NCBI GenBank assembly: GCA_973895155.1
Contig: OZ316892.1
Location: 13,637,270-13,701,269, forward strand
Source of the DNA: Marsupella aquatica
Taxonomy: Eukaryota; Plantae; Marchantiophyta
DNA: 64,000 bases
Direction of reading: 5' to 3'
Each line of letters opens with the position of its first letter. The first letter of the stretch is position 1. Positions 39,601 through 51,961 of this stretch are shown piece after piece. Under the pieces are notes generated by a model. That model was not told where the DNA came from. It was given only the letters and a program-made list of their open reading frames with translations, and did not search any database. The translations under genes and the position numbers were made by a program.

Positions 39601-40827
39601 TCTCTTATGCCATTCGTGTACGTTGTGTGGATTTTGCCTCAACAAGACACTACTGACCAATTCAGGTCGACGATTCATAAGGTGTTCAAACCGTGCAAGT
39701 CTCAAATCTATGTCATCCTCATCTTTCCGCCAGAAATCAGGCCAAATTTCTTTTTCCCATCGCTCTAACAAATCCTTTCCACTCTTGTCCTTTGCTGATT
39801 TCGAATCCATCATGATCCCGTCTTCAGCCGCAAGCGCTTGACCGTTCTCATGGTGGTTCTCATGCGACCCTCCATCGTGGTCCTCGTCTTCTCCATTCGC
39901 TTCTATACTCTCTATTTTTGCTGTAAGCAAACTTTCCTCAAATTGAGCGTAGGCATCAAAAATTGTACTGAAATCCCTCACGGTAACTACACTTGACATA
40001 CCCTCTTCAAATACGTCTCTTGCCTTTTCGAATAAACTTCTCCTAATGTAGTAATCTGCCAGAGATGTCCAAAGGCGGCCCACTTCGTCCGTGAACCTCC
40101 GAATTCCACCTCGAATGATCGCATCGACCTGCAACCCAGAAACCTCACTCGCATGCTTGGTTAGCAGATTACAAAGCTCTAGCCAGAGCTGATGCCGCGA
40201 CTTGCCCTTCACTGAATGGAACGTCTCGTCATTCAAAACCTGCGCCAGCTTCTCCGCGGCTTCTTGCCAGAGCTCAGAAGCGAGCAAAAAGTCGATAAAC
40301 TCCTCGACGTGAGTTGGATCGAATTTGAGATACCTGCGGTAAACCCTAAGAGAGGTTTCTATGGGTATCCCTGGCTGACCAACAAACTTCACGTAAAGTT
40401 CCCAGATGCGGTCATGTTGAGTCACAGGCAGAGAACACAAAGCTCTGTCGAACGTGCGCCTTGCCCTAGTGAGGTACTTCTGCTCCGTAAGAGTCTGCAG
40501 GTACAGAATCCAAATTCTGGGCATTTTGTGCATAGTAACCAGGGCACGCTCGAAGGTGTTATTGACATTCTCGTACGCAGAATGTGCCACTGGAAGTCCT
40601 CGCACTCCCTCTAGCTTCTCCCTCAAATACCGATACCATAACTTGTAGCTGCCAGGCAAGGCTTTCAGAGCTCGCTCAAATAAAATGGATCGTTTCTTGA
40701 CGGGGGCCTCGCGCCGAGCTTGCAGATAGCGCCACCATAGCTTCAGGCTGAACGGATTTCTCAAAATCTCCTCCTCGTAGACCAAATCCTCCTCCGCTGG
40801 GTACAAATCTTGCGGTATTGACGGCAT
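36629..40827 (-). CDS. SYF1: Pre-mRNA splicing factor SYF1/XAB2 (HAT-repeat protein), 6 exons: 40827-39279, 39028-38844, 38638-38468, 37874-37674, 37494-37243, 37078-36629
   Basis: DLYPAEEDLVYEEEILRNPFSLKLWWRYL, ERALKALPGSYKLW, LLRQNPHNVHEWHKRV, FEVQHGNEDTFREMLRIKRSV, NPDEIEL. GT-AG introns in phase. In-frame upstream ATGs (40866, 40917) make the start uncertain. Confidence 0.95.
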
Positions 40828-41626
40828 CTTTCTTCCTTTCGGGTGACTGTCACTACTCATGGACATCACTCCTTCTCCATCTCCTCCTAGCGCCTCCTTG
40901 TGAACATGACCCGGCATCACTTTCTCACTTTGCTCCAGCTGTCAAACCAAACCCGCAGAGCATCGCATCGCATCGCAATGCACTACTATCAATTCCCACT
41001 ACAGTCGACAAACAATAATGGGCATGTCAAAACTACATTTCTCGGTGAAATACGGGTAAGGGAAAGTGTGAACACTTTCACGAACATTCGTTCGACAACA
41101 TTGAATTAAACCCTAGATCGCACATCAGAAACCGAGGGGCACAGACCCGTGGTTACTTTCTAGCTCATAACTGTGTGATCTTTGGTCGGAATGAAAAGAT
41201 GGTGGGCTCGTTACAAAGCTGCCTTCATTCCGCTTCTAATGAGCTATGGTAACTAGTCAGCAGGTTGATGTAAGCGAACATATATGACTCGAAAATCGGT
41301 GACGGGAAACTTGACGGGGAATCGCAAACAGAGGTATTCCGTCCGTGAGGGAGCACGGATAATCCCTGAAGAAATAATAATAATAACTCCCCCCCTTTTG
41401 AGTTCTTCCTTCCTTCTTTTCCGTCTGACTCTCCTTACACACGGGGAAGTGTCAGGCAACCAGGCTTCCCATAGTGCTGCCCAGAAATCCTTGGCCCCCC
41501 ATGAGAAATGAAGAAAAGTAGTACAGTTGATTCTAAATGTGATCCTAAATCGCAGTCACAAGTGAGCCTTGTTGAGTAAAGATTAGATTCACAATGGCAT
41601 GTCCATGTACACTTAATGAACAAGTA

Positions 41627-41685
41627 CATAATTGTATCTCCTTCAGTCTAAATTGTATCTTTAGACTGAAGGAGATACAATTATG
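41627..41685. repeat. Perfect 26-bp-stem hairpin with 7-nt loop
   Basis: cataattgtatctccttcagtctaaa - ttgtatc - tttagactgaaggagatacaattatg. Confidence 0.95.
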
Positions 41686-41950
41686 CGATAACATCAATAC
41701 ATGTAAACAATATCTATAGACTCAACAATGAAGGTCATATAATTCACCTTGTTTGGGTTACATTCACGGAAGTGAGAGAAATTGAGTACTACTCAACACA
41801 ATTATAAATGCTCCATAGCCCACATGCTCCTCCTCCTCTCACCTTCTCATTTTGTCTCCTAGAGAATTAATCTTCAAATGTGAGCACAAGTTTGTGTCCC
41901 CTTGGGTATACCCTCTCCCATGGTCTATGGGAAACTAGAACTCAAACTAA

Positions 41951-42260
41951 TGTTATCATAGTCTATTAAAGTCTGGCTAATATCATGGAAATATATAGGT
42001 TATACTAGAGGCATAACCTAACACGCAAGAACACAAGAGTTTTATTGCATTCTAGGCCCGTGGGTCATATTGAGTCTCTACAACACAATCTCTCTTTATC
42101 TCTCAACTTGCTTCGTAAAAATGAAACTGATTTCCTCCTCCACAAGCAAGTAGTGTTTGGATGTATAGGATGCAACACGGCTAACCTAACCAAGCCCATG
42201 ATTACAGCTAGCCTAATTATGGTTAGATCTTAACTCTAGACCTAAGAATAAAAGTCTAAC
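41951..42260 (-). mobile_element. LTR relic (same family as 53539-53886) with adjacent polypurine-tract-like sequence
   Basis: Starts tgtt, ends ctaac, followed by gccccc (ggggc PPT-like on the minus strand). Collinear with 53539-53886 (tttattgca.tctaggcc, taacctaaccaag, taactctagacctaaga). Confidence 0.7.
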
Positions 42261-43076
42261 GCCCCCGAGCTGGAATCTCACACAAAGACCACACTCAGGC
42301 ATTCTTTGCACTTGCCCGCAAGGATGTGAGCCGTGGCTAGCTTTGGATGGGATCTAGAACACTGGCACACAAGGGTGTATTAAGGCAGGGCTAGAACCTG
42401 GGTGGAGAGAGCACCAGGCAAACAAGCTACAAGACAATCCCAATAAATATGCATCACTCTGCTAGAAAACAGAAACTCCAAACCAGACTACCTGGTTTCA
42501 AAGGCAAAGCAACCCAATAAAGTAGTTGGAGAGTTGTTCCAACTTCTTATTTAAAATAAATCATATTCTTTGACATCATTTAAAAATGGTACGAAAGTCA
42601 AAATTTGAAAATTCATAGAGTCATCATCACAAGTTAGGCACACTCTCAGAAAATAAGACAAGACCTATGAATTAAACATTAAGCAAAAACCTTAGAATAA
42701 ATTCCCAGATTTTTCTAGAAATCTAAGGGAGTTAATTTATTGTCTGTTTTTAGGATACCACAGGCTATCTTGACCTAACTAAATACTCATATTTATAAAT
42801 AATCCTATTTTGAATCAAGAACTATAATACAAGGTACCGCTCTTTTATAGAGTGGTCGTCTTTTGAATTTGCAGGGCCCTTAAAAGCAAACAATCTGACA
42901 ATGAGAAGGAATAGACAAAAGCATAATTACATTTACAGTGTGAAGTGAAAAGGAAAAGGTGACACCCTTTTCCAAGCAAGAAAAGTGGGCTGCCAATGCA
43001 CAAGAGTCTTTTTGGTACCATCCATGCACAAAAGCGTTCCCGAAAGTGTTACTCCCTCTGTCATTTTTTATCACTA

Positions 43077-43357
43077 CTAGCCCCGACTACCCAATCTTTG
43101 AACGTGAATAGCGGGGAGGACAATAAAAATGTCACCAAAATATATTCCTTATTCACATATTTTGAACGTTAATGAAATGATAAAAAAGTTATCATGCATA
43201 TCATCATTTTAATAATCAGACATAACATACCATAGTACTCTTTTCTATGCACATCCCTAGTTTTTCTATCCTACATCCCACTTATGCACATATAATATGG
43301 TGGGGCCATAGAGATCAGTTTTTAATATAAATAGAAATCATAACAAAAAGCAGTCAT
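43077..43357 (-). mobile_element. Helitron-like 3' end (dispersed repeat; second copy at 63745-64000)
   Basis: On the minus strand: degenerate cccgttc-ttt-gaac hairpin about 10 nt before CTAG|T. About 280 bp collinear with the copy at the window end. Confidence 0.65.
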
Positions 43358-43699
43358 GATTATCATTTGATATGACATACATCATAGACATCAGTTTTCT
43401 CATCATTCCACATGAACCATGGAGTTACTCTCTAGAGGCTTCACTCTAAAAGCGTAGGCCCCAACTCTAGCTTGTAGTTGCAGATTTATAAGTAAGATTA
43501 TGCCCAATAATACAATGCTGAGTATTTTTTTCCGTGATTGTCATTCAAAATTGATGGGGAATTTTGGGTGGAAAAAATTGACACTAAAAAAAGTGGAAGC
43601 TTTAAATTAACAGCAAAAAGCACCGAGTGCACAAAAAGTCTCCCGGTGACCCCGGTATCCCTCCGGCACCCCAACAAGCCCAACTGTGCCGCGATGTTG

Positions 43700-44050
43700 C
43701 TCCCTCCCCGACAAGCCCCAATGACCTCGCTCCCTCCCCTGACCTTGCTCCCTCCCCCCAACAACCTTGCTCCCTCCCCCCAACAACCTTGCTCCCTCCC
43801 TTGACGAGCCCTGATGAGCCTACCATCCGGGACCCTTCCCCCTTGCCCCAACTCCCGCTCCCTCCATTGCCTCAGCCTCTATCGACTCCCACCCCTCGCC
43901 TTGCCTGCCTCAACCTCGCTCCATTGCATTGCCTCCGTCTTGCCCTGCCCTCCCTTGCCTCGCCTTTCCTCCCTCAACTCCAGCTCCCTCACTGTGCCCT
44001 TGCCTCGCCCAAGTCCCTCCTCCTCCTCCTCCACGCCAGCCCGGCTCTGC
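43700..44050. repeat. C-rich low-complexity repeat (ccttgctccctcccc units)
   Basis: Repeated units visible; they produce spurious Pro/Leu-rich ORFs. Confidence 0.7.
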
Positions 44051-45503
44051 CTTAATGGTGTTGCATTGCAGTGCACACTCAGTAAGGAAGACCAATGGAT
44101 TTTAAGGTTAGCAGGTACTAGATTTCAACTTTGGTCAACGAGTTCTTTACAAGGGGAAGGGTACAAAAATTGTGAATTGTTGTGATTGAGGTAAGTTGTA
44201 TATAACACATTGTAGAAGAAAATCCAGTCAATCCACATAACATCTAGTCTCTAGGAACATACATTTTATAGAGCATTGTTAACCATGATGCCCCCAAAAC
44301 AAGGGTTTTAGCTCAAGTTTGGAGAGTTTATATTGCGCATAATCAGGTAATAGGAAGTTAACACACCTGAAGAGTAAGAGATTTTCATTTTCCTTACTTT
44401 AGTAAAAGTAGAGGAGAAATCTCATAATGTGGCCATCCAAATGTTGAATGTGCATTTTTGTTGATAAATGCCCTGAAATTCATTACAAAAAGAAAAATTA
44501 TGAAGTGCATTAAGCTAGGAAGTGATCAAAGATAGATTATCTTATTTATGATGGCCTTCAAAGAGTTTATAATGGCCTTCAAATGGTTCTCTATTCTTCT
44601 CATTTGACTATCCATGTGTGCATTGGAGGATATGAACATACTTCAAAATTTTCACTGTCCATTATGAGAGCCTTTGTAAATGTTTGCAATTAGAAGAAAT
44701 TAAGGTATCCTGTTTAGTGATTTTTGTTATCTCTATCAAAATACATAATACACTGTTGCACCAAAAAATGGCTGTGGCCGTCATTTGAATTTAGTGTGGC
44801 GTTTGAGGTGGGAAGTACCAAACTGTAAAAAGAAAGGAACAAAGCTGAAAAAAACCGTCCCTCAACTTCTCTCCCCGTGACCCTCTCCTCTCGGCCCTCA
44901 ATGAACTCCGGCACGACCACCTGTTGCTCTCCCTCCCCCCCCTCCCCTTGACACCTTTCACATAATGACATCTTTCTTCTTAACAACATCTTTCACATAA
45001 ACACAATAATTTTTTTCTCAACTACATCTTGGGCCACAAGAGATCTTTCTTCCAATGCACAAGTATTGAGCTGGTATCTCATAATGCCCTCTAACCATGA
45101 AACTATCCTATTCACAATACTCTTCAAATCAAGGACTTTGGCCTATAAGTGCATAATTTCTCAATTGCACGTATGCCTTGCTCCAATACAAGTACAAGTG
45201 CACACAAGGGTCTTTGTCACGAGGCCTTGCTCTCAAGAGGTTCAGCTGTAAATGTCATGGAGAGAAGGGGCAGAGAGAATTGTCCGCCATGTTTGCCATC
45301 TCTCATGCAAAGAGGTTTTTTATTAGTCGCGAGGAAGGTCGATCCATTTCTGCCATACCTGCCCAATCCGTTGTTGCCACTCTACTCAGAATCTAGTACT
45401 GTAAAGATTCTCACAATAGAAGCACACACCATTATTAGAAAACTATACCAACTACGGAGGAGCATTGAACTTTACCAATGACTCCCGCTTTTTGGTCAGT
45501 TCC

Positions 45504-45593
45504 AATTCGTCTATTCGCTTCTTCAATTCGCCAAAGCACAAAGTGATGAATTCGTCTATTCGCTTCGTCAATTCGCCAAAGCACACAGTGATG
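45504..45593. repeat. 45-bp tandem duplication (aattcgtctattcgcttc.tcaattcgccaaagcaca.agtgatg x2)
   Basis: Two adjacent near-identical copies. Confidence 0.85.
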
Positions 45594-46215
45594 AAGACAG
45601 AGGATCGAGCACAAATCTCGACCGAAGAAGTCTCTGGAATCGTTGCAGGGCAGAGCTGTGAGCCTCTCGATTACTACACGGGAAGGTTGACGAATCATTG
45701 CGCGGAATCTCGAAATTTATATGGAGTGATTGTGTGGTGTATGAGTTCTCTCTCGGGTTCTAGCTGCGAACAAGGGACTGACTGTGATGCACGAAAGTTT
45801 CTCTTCGTGTGAAGGCAACGAGCTAACTCAAGTGCTGTACTCTTGGCCACCCCGTACTTACCCCTGGGTTTCATTTGCCGGAATTGATGCGCAGCGGTGG
45901 GCGAGATACAGTCCAGTGGATCCCACGAGAGCATAATTTTCAAGATCATTTATCAGTAGTCAGTGAGACCGGAAGGGCCTGAGTGATTATAGTTCAGACC
46001 GTGCTCTCGTTCCAGTATGCTGCATCCATTTCTTGTTTGAGTTGGATTTGATTGGATTAGATTAGATCAAATCGGCAGTGAGACAATCGCGACGCAGCAT
46101 TTTAAGACTTTTGAGTGCTTGCCTTCTGTGCATTCATTCGACTTCACTTTCTGTAACTCTCTTTCTCTCACGCACACACACAGAGGGAGCTGGTGGAGGA
46201 GAGACAGACAGAGAG

Positions 46216-47391
46216 ATGGCACTGGAACGGAGCAGGAGGAGTAGTGACGGGGCTATGATAGATATAATTTTTCTACTGGGGATGATGATGTCTATGTATG
46301 TGATGCTGCCGGCGGGTGTGAGGGCAGAAGAAGCCGCGGTGAAGCCTGACCTTGCCGTAATTGAAATGAAGGTACCAAATCTGTACCCAGAGAGCTTCGA
46401 TTGGGATGCCAAGCACAAGAGATTCCTGGTAGGTTCCACAAGTCTGGGGCGGCTGGTGACTGTCACGGAGGAGGGCGTGGTGGACGACTTCGTCAAGGAT
46501 GAAGAGTACGCTGATGCCGGAGCAATGATCCTAGGCGTGACGGTGGATTCTATCCGCAACCGTGTGCTCGCTGTGGTGCACAAAACTGCGGATCCGCCCG
46601 ATGGACGGCCCATTGGTGTCGTGGCTGCTTATGATCTCGACTCGAAGAAGAGAACTCTCTTTGTGAATCTTCTTGAGGAGGATGAGGATGGCTCGATAAT
46701 CGGCACCGAAAAGTTTATGGCTAATGATGTAGCCGTGGATGACAACGGCAACGCCTACATCACCAATTCTTTGGGCTATTCGATCTGGAAAGTGACCCCA
46801 GAAGGTGTCAAGAGTGTATTCGTTGACTCGGTTCCTCAGCTGCCAATCGCGGTGGAGGTGGAGGAGTTCCAAAAGGGCGTCACATTGAATGGCATCGTGC
46901 ACGACGACGGCTACCTCCTCATTTCCCAGAGCAATTCGGGAGCTCTCTTTAGGGTTAGACTTGCCAATAAAGAAGTACAGGCAGTGAAGATCAAGGAAGG
47001 AATAATGATGCCGGGAGCGGACGGCATGGCATTGCGACTGGATGGGTCGCTAGTGGTGATATCCATGCACACCGCCTATTTGCTATCTAGTACGGATTCC
47101 TGGCGGTCTGCCACCGTGTTGGATAAAGTTCCATTGGATTCAGCAGACTTCAGCACTAGTGCAACTGTCGTCAATGACTTGCGTGTCTTCACCATCCATC
47201 ACCATTATCTCGATAGGTTGAACGGAGTGGACCGGGACTCATTCAAAATTCTCGAGATGGAGTTCCCTCATGATTTGAACGACAGTCCTCTTTGGCTCTT
47301 GGCGGTTGTAGGTATTTTTGCCGTTCTCATACTTGCCTGGAAATTCCAGTTGAGTCAGTTCAACAAGGAGTACACCAAGAAAAGAGTTTGA
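46216..47391 (+). CDS. Single-exon SMP-30/gluconolactonase-like (calcium-dependent phosphotriesterase superfamily) beta-propeller with signal peptide and C-terminal TM anchor
   Basis: NLYPESFDWD, ANDVAVDDNGNAYITNS, LNGIV, GADGMALR. Hydrophobic N-terminal segment, C-terminal TM (LWLLAVVGIFAVLILAW) and KKRV* end. Confidence 0.88.
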   Translation: MALERSRRSSDGAMIDIIFLLGMMMSMYVMLPAGVRAEEAAVKPDLAVIEMKVPNLYPESFDWDAKHKRFLVGSTSLGRLVTVTEEGVVDDFVKDEEYADAGAMILGVTVDSIRNRVLAVVHKTADPPDGRPIGVVAAYDLDSKKRTLFVNLLEEDEDGSIIGTEKFMANDVAVDDNGNAYITNSLGYSIWKVTPEGVKSVFVDSVPQLPIAVEVEEFQKGVTLNGIVHDDGYLLISQSNSGALFRVRLANKEVQAVKIKEGIMMPGADGMALRLDGSLVVISMHTAYLLSSTDSWRSATVLDKVPLDSADFSTSATVVNDLRVFTIHHHYLDRLNGVDRDSFKILEMEFPHDLNDSPLWLLAVVGIFAVLILAWKFQLSQFNKEYTKKRV

Positions 47392-48809
47392 TGGGCGCTG
47401 AGAGGGCCAGGGCCCGGCTGAAAGTTTCGCATCGGTATGGTATAAGTCGTCAAGTTATTACATAAATTATGAAAAGCTCCTGATGAAGCTCCAGGTTCTG
47501 TACAGGAGGTTTAGTGCGGTACAGTAGATTGTACTATCTCACTTAGCTGATTGGGTGTCACATGATGTTCGAGTCTCTAGCTTTTATAGCTGTAGCCGGG
47601 CCTCGATTTTTATTTGTTGTCGATCATGGTCGTCTGTGCTCCATTTTGTTGGTGTGCGCCAAGCATTTGATAGTTCACCTCTGTGGTCTGTTGGTGTCTG
47701 TTTTATCTCTTGACCATCAAGACCTCAGAAGTGGAATTGAATTCAATCCTTCCGGGGTTAGCAAGTTCGACTACTCAGTGTTGCCGTAGGACATGTGCAT
47801 CTTCGCTTCTAATCCGCCACTAGGATTGCATCGAAGAACAAAATTATCCCGGAGTCGAATGCGTACCCACTGCCAAGACTGTCTGTCATCTTGCGGACCA
47901 CCATTGCAAATTTCTCCAACACCTTTTACAGATGAGATTTTTCTGTGATTATTCTCGAGAGGCATCATAGCCTTGGCCTCTCATGGGGGTTTATGAATTT
48001 GTCCTTCATGAGACAGCAGCTCGTGTGGGGCAAAGAAGACACGGCTCATGAACAAAACAGACCACTCATTCTCAAGCGGAACTTCAATCCCAACTTGTCC
48101 ATTCATGTCCCAGTTTGATTTCTACGCCAATCAATCGTAGCAGCAACTGCACGTAACTATGAACACTTGCTTCTTCTAGTCCAGACGCTTGCTTGCTTCA
48201 CAATACAACCAGAAGCTGACCTGAAATTTGTCATATGATGGCAAATCCTATCCCACAACGTAGTGCACTTGCAATATAAAGTTCTTAGTGAGGGTAAGGT
48301 ACCGCTGCTCGTTCCATACATATCATTCTTGTCCTTTGGAACAGTTTTCAAGGAACAGACACCTGGGGAGAATCCAATGTCTTCTCACAAGTTGGTACCC
48401 TATTACCAGTTAGAGCTTCTTCCAGAGAGGCCCAATGGCTTCGAGATCGTTACCTTGTTCAGGGTTTAGGGAGGACTTGGAGGGAGGACCCAATGTAAGG
48501 CACACGGAAAACACGTTTCCACTAGTCTGTTCTCGTTTTGTCAAAAGATGGAAGCAAACAACGAAGCAATTGTATGGTATCTTCAAATCGAACCTGCTCC
48601 ACTTTCACCTTCGGTATTCCGCATGATGCGCATCATGCGTTCATCTGTCTCATCAAGTCGAACTTGAGTCTCATTGACATTGGGTATTCCATAGTGTGTC
48701 CATCAACGGAGCATAAAATAACTAAAGCATTCGGTATTGAGATCTGTAATAATACAAAACCAGGTCTTTCGTGAGAGAAACATTCATGTGCATAGACCGC
48801 CGCAATGTG

Positions 48810-48893
48810 TGCTAGCTGTGGGGTTTGAACCCACGCATGCTGACGCATAGGCGATCTTAAGTCGCCCCCCTTAGACCACTCGGGCAAGCTAGC
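48810..48893 (-). tRNA. trnL-UAA: tRNA-Leu(UAA)
   Basis: GCTAGCT acceptor stem, D-loop GAGTGGTCTAAGG, anticodon arm GGCGA-CTTAAGA-TCGCC, long variable arm, T arm GTGGG-TTCAAAC-CCCAC, discriminator A; 84 nt. Confidence 0.96.
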
Positions 48894-50164
48894 AATCGCA
48901 CAAGTTTGGCTCCGGTTCTTATGTATACTAAGTACAAAGCAGAAAAATATATAAAAGCTTTTTTGCCTATCAGTCGAAAACAGTCTATTTCTGTGCTGAT
49001 GGTATCGTTTAGATTGACAGAACTGTAGAGAGCGAGACCCCTCTGGAGCATTTCTTGCTGACCAGACATAATGGGTATTCCTCACAACAAAGTGAATCAT
49101 AGCTGGTTTTTGCAAAACATAAAGTTAAAGCGGCTCAGTCATGTCCTTGTTACTAGCGAGAACCTAGAACAATTTCGTGGGGGAAAAGCCTGTTGATCAC
49201 TGGGTTTCAAGCGACATTAAGTGATAGACCCGGTTGAGGACAAAGACGGTGCCCAAGTGTTATCTTTATTGTTCTCTCAAAAAGATACTCTTTATCCTTA
49301 AATGCCCAGTGCAGAATTCTGGGAGTGTAATGCTACCACTGGACTGGAATGTATATGTGAGGCTTAATCATGAATGAGCTTTAGGTACATAAAAATGATT
49401 GATCCTGTTTTCTGAATTTTTTGGGGATCTTTCTGTTGGGGCAACCCATGGAGATTATTTTGCAATGCCAGACTACCTTTCGTTATGTGGTTGTCCTAGG
49501 TAGTCTTTTCACTCAGTAATTGGTGTGGATTGCTAATCAGTTGGTGAATTTGAACCTTTTATACAGCAAGATTCAGTCGACTTTGGCTGCTATCAGCTAT
49601 TGAAAACGCTTAGACTAGGCACTACGTGAACAAACTCTTCAAGGATATGGGCTGAGATTTCATATCACTCACTGCCACAGCAAGCATCCAGTCTGGCTGT
49701 TGGCCTCTCACTTGGTAGAGGCAGCCTCAGTTTCCTGGTAGTGTTGAGTTTCTCCAGGTCTTTTAAGGAGAGAATTGCGTTCTGTGGACTGTGTAGCTCA
49801 AAGAAATCTACCCATGCGCAGTTGGGTACTAGATCACTACTGAGTGTGCTCGACTGGTTTCTCAAGAGAAACGTCCGGAGAACATATAACTCCTGAAGGT
49901 GGACGAGTGATCATTTTCCGAATGCCGCCCAGTAGGGTCTCAGTTTGGTGCTCAGTAGGGTTTTAGTTCTTTCATGTTGTTGAGGACTCCCGGGCTTTTT
50001 TGGATCTGTGGTCTTCCCGGGTTTTTCCCTTATCTTCTCCCCTACATTGGGTTATCTGGCCTTTGGGATCATTTCTCCTGGTTTGCAGCTTTTTCTTCTT
50101 TTGTAGTGTTGTATATAACTGGAACACCTTCAAAGTATGCATGATCCTGTCGTTGCCTCAATGA

Positions 50165-50362
50165 ATGATAAAACGAGAATTGGAACCAAGTGATGTCATT
50201 TCATCCCGCACACTAATCAGTTGTGTTTGCATGATAAAAAGAGAACTGGAACCAAGTGATGTCACGTCAACCCGCAAAGTAATCAGTTGTCTTTGCATCA
50301 TAAAAAGAGAACTGGAACCAAGTGATGTCACTTCAACCCACACAGTAATCAGTGGTGTTGAT
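50165..50362. repeat. 66-bp tandem repeat x3
   Basis: atgataaaa.gagaa.tggaaccaagtgatgtca..tca.ccc..a...taatcagt repeated three times; reads in frame as (M/I)IKRELEPSDV... x3. Confidence 0.9.
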
Positions 50363-51322
50363 TGACGGTAAGAGAATGCCGAATTGCCATTTGTGGGGAC
50401 CAAGATCTTCCAGTTTGATGTCTCTCAACACAAACAATAGTCGATTTTAAGAAGGCTTGATGTCAGTTTTTTTGGGGGAAACGAGAGAGGAAAACGATGT
50501 CAGCCTTGGAAAATGGACAGTATCCTAATCTATTAACTTCTGGTGGATCTTTTTGAACTTTTGAAAATTGGGTTTCAGCTACTACTGCTCGGGGCCTCCA
50601 CGGAACTGGGAGGTACCTAAACTCTAAACCCTAAATCTGTATCAACGCTGAGTGGCAAGGATGAAGTCTGGCAAACTCTTCGCTCATCACTTGCTTCTTC
50701 AGAAATTATACTTGATGATAAACAGATAGCTGAGTATATTCCATAAAAGCTTGTAGTATCCCATCCAAAACGACTTCGTCATTCTGGCAAACTGTTATCG
50801 CATCACTTGCTTCTTGAGAAATTAAACTTCATGCTAGACCCAGATATGTTCATACGATCACAATGGAGCTGGTAGAATCCCATACAGAAAACAACTTATC
50901 TCTTTCAATTGATATGACTCGTTTGTGTCTTATGCCCACATTTTCTGACCCTATACTTGAGACTAAACTACAGCATATCTGCCTATTCACTGGACCAACG
51001 GAACGTGATGAAGCAAGACAAAACCTGTCGAGACATTGCAAAGGTGATGCTATGCTTGCCTCAAGATTACTCTGGCAATTTCTCAAACCCTAATTCTACC
51101 GAGGAGGAGGAATAGTCCCCCTCTCTTCCTTCCCCTCCTCCTCAAATCACGAACATTCGTGCACCCGCTGCTTCTGCTGCTGGTGCAGCATGAGGTCGGT
51201 GGGTTTCCAAATGTAGTGAGATTCAAGAACTGCAATTGGGTGGAAGAACCTCTAATGCTGCCCCTGCTTTTGAGATCAAGGGCTCCAGGGTGTTTCACCA
51301 CGAGGGACGAGGACGACGTGTC

Positions 51323-51961
51323 TCAAGTTTTCGCCCATGAAGGCTTTTGGCGATTCTTTTTCTTTTTCCAGAATTTCTTCCCACCCGCCTCCTTCTGCTC
51401 TTGGATCTGGAGATACTTCCGCTTCCGGTACGTTTGGAGAGAAGAATCGGTGAGCAGCTCGTCAGCAAAAGTCGTTTTGCGCTCCTTCTTCGTTAGCCGT
51501 CCAGAGTAGAAGTCCGCCGCCCCCTCCACGACGGTTCCGACCTGAAAAAATTTGGGAGTGGCCTTAGAGTCATTGGCCTTGTAGTGGCGCTTGGGGTCCA
51601 ATACACCTCGCAGCCTCAGAAGCTGTAGCTCCTGCTTCATCTCAGGCGTCATCGTGGCAGCTGGCATGTCGAACCATTTCGATCCTGCAGTCTCTCTCAC
51701 GTTCTTCTTCTCCACTTTCTTCTGCTTGCGGGAATCGACGGGCGGAACTAGTAGCCCATCAACGAGGTCGTTTCCTTTCTCTTTCTGCCATACAGAGCTC
51801 ACAACAGGCAGCATCTTACTGACCAATGCATCGACATGTCCAGAAGCATTGGATCTTCTTGCAGCTGACGATCCTCCTCCTCCTCCTCCTCCTCCTCCTC
51901 GTCCTACGAATGGAAGTCCCGTGTCGGGCTTCCAGGAAACATTCATCGCCGCTGCAGCCAT
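51323..51961 (-). CDS. FCF2: rRNA-processing protein Fcf2 (DNTTIP2-like C-terminal domain), intronless
   Basis: TAGSKWFDMPA, ELQLLRLRGVLDPKRHYK, PKFFQVGTVVEGAADFYSGRLTKKERKTTFADELL. Confidence 0.93.
   Translation of the reverse strand: MAAAAMNVSWKPDTGLPFVGRGGGGGGGGGSSAARRSNASGHVDALVSKMLPVVSSVWQKEKGNDLVDGLLVPPVDSRKQKKVEKKNVRETAGSKWFDMPAATMTPEMKQELQLLRLRGVLDPKRHYKANDSKATPKFFQVGTVVEGAADFYSGRLTKKERKTTFADELLTDSSLQTYRKRKYLQIQEQKEAGGKKFWKKKKNRQKPSWAKT

Noticed and set aside
48633-49115. 160-aa ORF spanning the tRNA
   Set aside because: Chance ORF; the tRNA cloverleaf explains the conserved part.
49665-49865. LRR-like phrase (ILSLKDLEKLNTTRKLRL) on the minus strand
   Set aside because: A single imperfect unit with no supporting neighbours.
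50616-50636. Telomere-like taaactctaaaccctaaa
   Set aside because: Only 2-3 degenerate units; a common interstitial telo-box-like motif.
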